From assembly GCA_048013815.1 (NCBI GenBank), contig CM106585.1, positions 11,408,001-11,472,000 of the forward strand: 64,000 bases of DNA. Direction: 5' to 3'. Positions 56,997 through 64,000 of the stretch are shown one piece after another. Source of the stretch: Setoptus koraiensis (lineage: Eukaryota > Animalia > Arthropoda). Each line of letters opens with the position of its first letter. Position 1 is the stretch's first letter. The notes beneath the pieces are model-generated. The model searched no databases and was not told where the DNA came from. It saw only the letters and a list, made by a program, of their open reading frames with translations. The translations under genes were made by a program, and so were the position numbers.

Positions 56997-59510
56997 TCAA
57001 TCATTGAACATCGGTAAATGGTAGGCATCATGTTGATCATAATTCTCAATGAAAGGGTTAGGAGTTGAACTTGGAGACACAAATGGACTACACAGAGCTT
57101 GATGATGACTCTGCTGACTATAATAAAATCGTTGATAACTGTTGTTCTCCATTGGTGGCACATAAGAATTTGTGGCACTCATGTGTCTATCACTTATGTT
57201 TGAATAATCATTATTGTTGTGCACGGCTTGACTGTAATCTTGTTCCGGATGTCGAAATATGGGCGACTGCCGATTCATCAGATCACCCGAATTAATAGCA
57301 CTTGCATCAGTTTGTTGGCATCCGGATATGTGCGAATGTTGCTGCTGAGAATGTACAGTATTGAGGGGTATGTGTTCTGCTGGAGTAGAATAAGTTGAAT
57401 TGAGAGGAGAATCTTGAATAATGTGATCGTGGGCCATGGCAAATGCAGGATCTTGGTTGGCCGCTTGTACGATGCATTGTACAGGATGTAAGGAAACATC
57501 ATCATCCTCATTACAAGTTCGCCGAACAAATCTCAAATGATCAACAGGTTGTCCTGTCAGATTATTTTGCATGTATACTGTTGAGTTCTCTGTCCCCAGC
57601 GAGTTGAGAGAATGGTCATAAGCACAACCAGTTACGCTTTTTCCATGACTCTCATTGATCGACGTTGGCGACATTTGAGAGTGTGTAAACTGTTGCATGT
57701 TTATTTGATGGAATGAGACATTATCGGAAGTTCTAACCGGTCCATTGTCAAAGCTAGGCAAATCCACATTAAGCTGTCCAGGATGCTCAGAGGTTAGAAC
57801 TGATCCCACATTTTTACTATTAGAAATAGACTGGGGTTGCAATTGAGATTGTGGTAAATTTTTTTGTAAAATTTCGCGCAATTCAGCTAATCCTTCGTCA
57901 GTCCCTTCATAATGTTCGTCTCGACAGGTGTGTTGTTTATGTTCTAATTTAGTTGGGTTACAATTTGTATTAGAGAAATGGCATTCTCTATAGTTTTCAC
58001 TACTGTTTGTATCATTCTTTGAGCTTTGGCGTTCAATCACGTTTGACTTAATGTACATCTTTTTTGTTGGTGCTAACAAATCACTAATATTGTTGGCTTC
58101 ATCAATAAGTATTGATCGTTTCATCGTTAATTTTTTCTTTAGCTGCTTTAGTGGTTTCTTTTCGACACATCCAGGATTGTTCTGATCATTGTCGCCAGTG
58201 TTCATGTTAAATGGAACAACAATACTAAAGTTACTATCGGTGCTGCTTCCAGATAAGACTGCTTTGTTATTCTGTGGACAATTAAAGTTGGTACTATTGA
58301 CATTGCAACAATAAGTTGTGTTAATTGCCTCGTTAGGGACACTAAAATGTTGTTGTTCTATTCGTACTAGTTGATTATTATTATGGTAGTGGTGATAATC
58401 ATCATCGTCAGGCGTGCATGGCAACTGTGACGTAGCATGTCGAAATGTGCTCATGTTCATCGATGAGGATTCCGATGATTGCTGGGAAGATAAACCATTC
58501 GACTCTGTACATTGAGTTCTTGGTTGTTGCATTTTATGTTCCATAACGTTTTCAATTTTTAAAAAATGTTCAGGCCCTAGTAAATGTGAGTGGTGATGAA
58601 AGTAGGAAGAAATAAGACGGGAATCTGAGTGTCAATATTTCAAAAGTTTCAGTTGGGTGTGCGTTTTTTGGGAGTTTTTCAATTAAAGAAATCTCACCTT
58701 CGTTTGAGTTTGAAGGGTTGTTGCTAACTAAGGAAGAATCCGAGGGTTTGTCGTTTGTATCATTGTTGTCGTTGTTGACAGAATGATCACATTGTTGTTG
58801 CGAATCAATATCAATGGACAAGTTAAAATTATTGGCATCAAACAAGGAAGGTAAAGATGGCGGTTGTAAACTGTATTTCTTTCTAAGTCCACTATAACAA
58901 TATCTAGAACTGCCTCTTTGGCCCAATCTTCTTGGTTTAACGCGAGGAAAGGCGTGTTTCATGGCCTTGCCAAAATCGGCTACGCACAATGGCTCGAAGC
59001 GATGGACTTCACAAAAGGCTCTGTACTCATCGTAGACCTCTTGTTTTGGTAAAGAAACATTAGAGTCTTCCTCTAGATGGCTGAGAATCCATGTGTAAGT
59101 TTGCGTGATCTCCTGGTCTGCTTTTTTGCCGAATAAATCTGAGGAATTTTTACTTTTGTTTGTTTTGACTGCGATGACAACAACGAGTGTTTTATTTGTT
59201 GGCATTCATTGAAAAGTATAATAAAGATAGTGATATCAACAATAATAATGGACAGGTATTAATAATAATGATAATAATAATATTTGGCCGGCATCTTATA
59301 GCTTATCGACTTGTCTCCCCGAGAGACATTAGTGGCTGGACATGGTGTGCGCTCTGGATACTTACTGTCTGTTTCGCTGGGAGTGCCGCCAGGCAGATGC
59401 AGATATAACAATAGCTTCTCAATGTCGCTGAGCTTCTCGATCTCTTCGACAATAGAAGTTATTCTTGTCATTTGTTCATCGGTTAAAATGGGTTTGTTCA
59501 TTATAATCAT
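56997..59510 (-). CDS. RFX7: RFX5/7-type winged-helix transcription factor; exons 59510(?)-59366, 59168-58698, 58576-56997
   Basis: EEIEKLSDIEKLLLYLHLPGG (RFX5/7 N-terminal motif) and the RFX DBD TYTWILSHLEEDSNVSLPKQEVYDEY...DFGKAMKHAFPRVKPRRLGQRGSSRYCYSGLRKK. Two phase-1 GT..AG introns (197 and 121 nt) join the three track ORFs in frame. The 5' end is uncertain. Confidence 0.88.
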
Positions 59511-62500
59511 GAGAATTGGTTTGCTGTAAAAATATCAATCTATCTATTGGCCCCGTGTTAGTGGTGAGGTTACGTGTTGGCAATAGCAATGACGATGATG
59601 AAGATAATAATGGGGCAGCAGCAGCAACGACGACGGCAGCGGTATCATTCGTGCCGTTTGTTATTGATCGAGGCAACTTAATAAGTGTATGTTTGTATGT
59701 GCTCAATGTGATGATGATTATTTAAAATTATATAAATAGTAATAATAGTGATAACAGTAGTGTAATTTTGTCTAAGGCAAGCTGCAGTGTGTAATCTAGG
59801 TGTGGAATGAGAGAGACTTGCGATGAAAGCAACAGGAAAGGAAGGAAGGATGGAAGAAAGAAGGAGAGAGTGAAAGAGATCCTTTTAGATAGCACACTGC
59901 AGCAGCAGCAACAGGCATTGGTGCACGCTGCAGTCTGGACGTGACTGGCATAAATGTGTAATAATGTAGTATTACAGCTTGCAGTTGATGTACGTTTATT
60001 ATTATTATATTTGCTGTGTACGATTATTATTAATATTATATTACTACTACTACTACTTCTACTACTACCACTACTACTACTACCGGAGATTGTCTTATCT
60101 TCTTAAAATGAATTACGATATCGACTCGTTGAAAGGCTAGCTCGTATTTACTAGCAGCATGTAATGTATGGCTTTCATTCGACAAATCGGAATGACTGAA
60201 GAACACTGTCAGGACCCTGTTTATGTGCCAAAATGATATATGAAATAATAATTGAGTGGGGGGTCTCTCTCTCTCTCTCTCTCTCTCTCGTGTGTGTGTC
60301 GTTATTATTGTCTAATAATATGATATTTTTTCTGTCTCTCTGTTATATCTATATTTGTCTGTGTGTTTAAAATTAACAATGTCTACTATTGTCTGTTGAC
60401 ATATCATCAAATAAATATTTATAAACCACCAAGTGCTCCTACAATCCACAGATTGACTATCTTTGGTATATACGGCGCACACAGTATATGCAGTATTTAT
60501 GTGATACATATCGCATGTATTAATCAAGCTAATATGGTAAGATATTTACAATTATTGGAGAGAAAATGTAGCAGCCACGATTATCATCGTACGTTGCTGC
60601 TGCCGCCGCTGCTGTTGATGAAGATGATGATGGTGTTACAATGATAAATTCTAGATTACTTTTCACTAAACAACTAGCTTGCTAGCATACATTACAAAGC
60701 AGCTATAATATGGTCGTGCCATTGCTTTTGCTTCATATGACACCACCATGTAGTATAAATGATAATAATGGTAATAGTAAAAAAAGAAACATCCCTCTTT
60801 ATAGCGAGTGGAAATAAAGAGGGAATAAAATGAAACGACGATGATATAATAATAATAAAGCCTATTGATGATATAATAGCTCTAGATTAGACCATCAACG
60901 ACGACTTTATAAACTCCACAACTGCACGCTGATGAAACCAAAGCTGCCTGTCTGCCTGTTTATCTGGCTGGCTGGCTGGCTGGCTTGTTAGGGCCTTCTC
61001 GCAATGAGTCAAATGTTGCAGACGATAATTATTATCTACTGATAGTGAAGTGGTATTAGTGTTAAGTGCAAGGTGGCTTACGCACAAGTTTATATATATA
61101 TATATTTTATTTTCCCATTCATTTGTATGTATAAATATATATATTTTAATATACGTTATCTATATAAAGCGAGAGAAAGAGAATATTGTCAAACAAAAAA
61201 TAAGAAATGAAGAGAATCTATCTCCAGCGCCTTTCCATTCTTGTTGAATAATAATTACACATGTAATGCACTTGTTGGCGCGCTGCTCGCTTCGCGCACG
61301 CACGTACGCACACGACGAGCAACTTTTGCTCGCTCGCTCGCTCGTTAGTTAGTCATTTTGCAAATGATAGCCAAAGGAATTGTAACTTGAGGCAATAACT
61401 GTCGTCAATCGGCAGCTGAGTGTCCGATCTAGTTACAAGTCTAACTATGTCCAACAAACATCCGTTATAGCGGTATTTGGTTCCTCAACATGATCTATAT
61501 CTCTCATGTGTATGTTTACAAGTGTATTGCTGGACGCCCACTGACTCTCAAAGTACAACAATTGCCAATCGATTTGAATTAAAAAATAGATTCAATTGTG
61601 TGCCAATCCCTGTTGAGCCACGCCCGATAAATATAGGCATAAATGCAATTACGTCATGCCCAAATTTAGTGTTATATCAATTCCAGATGCTTGACATTGC
61701 TTCATTAAATGGCCCCTCAAATATTGATGACAGAATCACACACAATGCGAAATGTCCAGATTGCGCCCATTTAGCATTTTTGAGCCGGTCAATTCAATTG
61801 ACAATTCAGTCAGACACAATGGTATCGCTGAACTTGAGTGGTCGAGCCAACAAACAACAAACTGCCGGCCCGACTCGTGATTGAGAGCCGATTTGTCCGC
61901 GTGAGTATTCTCTTGTTTTGTCGTTAGCCGGTTAAAACAAGCAAACTTATTTAAAACACGAGAGAACAACAAATGATTGTAGTTTCTTTCAGTCCATATC
62001 TCTCACTCTATATGCGTTTTTTCTTTGCCCTTTCAATGCCAACCACACAACAAAGAGCCGTTGAGCAAAGGAGACACGACGAGAGAGAGATAATCAATCA
62101 TTGAGATGAGTGACCATGTGGGATAATGAACGTCAGTAGCTCCATTTGTTTGTGTTGTTTCACTTTGAGATTGCCGCCCCTTCTCGCGCTCTATATATAC
62201 AACGATATATCTTATAAATATATTCTCATGTTGGGAGATATAGAAGACAAGGGAGCCCATTATTGAGTGTTGTAATTCTCAATTTCGGCTAACTGTCAAA
62301 CATACCCGCCCGACGCCAAAAATATCTGCTTGTTCGTAACACCGAGCACTTGCTAATTCTAGCGCGATGCAACGCGTCCAATCTCAATAACTCTGTGGCA
62401 TATTCATATTTATGATACGGATCATAATAATGTCAAGACATGGCAATCATCAGCATGTAAAATTTACTGGAAACTTCAAGTATGTATCATTTAGAGACAT

Positions 62501-64000
62501 ACTTGCAGTCTACATGCCGTGCCAACGAGACGACATTATTTATGTGTGTATTATACGCACCCAGTCAGCCAGTCAATGTTGTTATTGTTGTCGTCGTTTA
62601 TCTCATTAATACATATAGGCCAAACAAGGCCTTGCAACAGGCCCGATACACTGGCGCAAACAACATGAATAATACATGTATGTATCGCCAGCGAAGGCCC
62701 TATAAGAACAATATCATGTTGAACAATAATTTTAATGATAATGGCCATAATGATGCTGATAATAACGATTGTGAAAAGAAGGAAAAAATTGTCTCTGGCA
62801 AAGCTCGCTTTTTTCTCTTTTATTCTTGTAGCCATGATTTATTGGCTTGTGTCACTGTGATCAATCTTAATCTAAGGCCCTGATCCAATCCCCTTTGACT
62901 GTAAGAAGCCCCCATTACAGCGCCTCTGCCGCTTCTGCAGCCGCTATAGGCCGTTTCAGCTGATCTATATATTCTGTTTTCTTTGTTTTTTGGTGTATCG
63001 TGTTGGCAAGCAAATGTGAATTGTATTAGAAAATGGACACCTACAAACAACGACTTGCACTTGCAAACAACTTGAATTTGTCCATCAGATCATCAGGCCG
63101 GCAACAATGCCAGCTACGGTGGTCTGCTTGTACATTTCGGCCATATGTCCCCGCATTGGCGCTAAATGATTGTTTCTCGGGGCACTCTCGAATCATACAG
63201 ATCGTCGTGATCACGCTCATCATTACCAAACAAACAAACGAACGAACAACAAAAAACGAGCTCTGTCTTTCTTTGAATAATATTATTAATTATATCACAT
63301 CATATCGCACGATGAGAATCGACTTGTTCAACTGACGGTATCTATGCACCAGCACCAGCTTCGGCACCAGCTTCGGCACCAGCAAAAACAGCGCCAGAGA
63401 ATAGACGATGCGATGGGAGCAAGTTTGCAATCGCTCGTCATGCTTCATATAGTTGGAAGGCGCAAAACAACACAACAGAGCGAGAGAGAGAGCCATCCAA
63501 CTCGATGATCCGTTTCGAAATAGCGCTAAAATGATTATATAAAGCGCACATATGAAGCGGGCGAAATTCTTCTCACTTCTCTTTATGGCCAACGCTGGCG
63601 ATGCTGTCTAAGCGCCTGGTCATTTCGCTAGACAGCAAATCGGTGGACACGAAGCAATAATTGTTGTTGCTAACTCAACGCGATCAAAATTTCTCTCGCA
63701 TCCTTGCAATCTTTGCGAGCCCGTGCACCTCAGCTGGCCCACAATGGTTGCGGGCATCAGCACAATGGGCCAGGGCAATTTGTTTGCCCTGGCGCATCGT
63801 ATGCACTGTGTGGTGCTATATGGTATTGCATGGTGCTGCATGGTGGCTCTAAGATCAACTGGTGCCCATGAGAAGGGCACCAGTTGTTTTCAAATGAGCG
63901 ATTCTCTGACAGGGCGCAGTCGCGCAACAAGTGAACCGATAATCAGATCAACAAGTGCAGCGCTTGATTGTTGTTGTTGTTGTTTTGTTTGGTTGCGTGC

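Overview
This is eukaryotic DNA from a compact, intron-poor, microsatellite-rich animal genome, probably an arthropod (mite-like; inference from gene content, near-absence of introns and the 5.8S sequence). No prokaryotic features (CRISPR, operons, IS) were seen. Recognisable genes are two near-identical SINHCAF/FAM60A copies (1.4-3.0 kb and 28.6-30.3 kb), a kainate-type glutamate receptor, lingerer/UBAP2, LRPAP1 (RAP), a nucleoplasmin-like acidic chaperone, a SERTA-domain (taranis/TRIP-Br-like) gene, PIGG, PPIL4, an ALKBH8-type methyltransferase lacking its RRM and AlkB domains, and an RFX5/7-type transcription factor. There is also an orphan 1373-aa single-exon ORF with duplicated motifs. 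The left half (1-31 kb) is heavily rearranged. A Cu/Zn-SOD-repeat pseudogene is interrupted by an orphan rDNA fragment (putative ITS1, degenerate 5.8S, ITS2 and the first bases of 28S), and this cassette sits between ~180-bp direct repeats. A 3-kb patchwork (21.3-24.3 kb) is assembled from shuffled, deletion-ridden pieces of the 5.8-16.2 kb region and carries the 'empty' version of that site. Most short ORFs in the supplied track are microsatellite or antisense artefacts.
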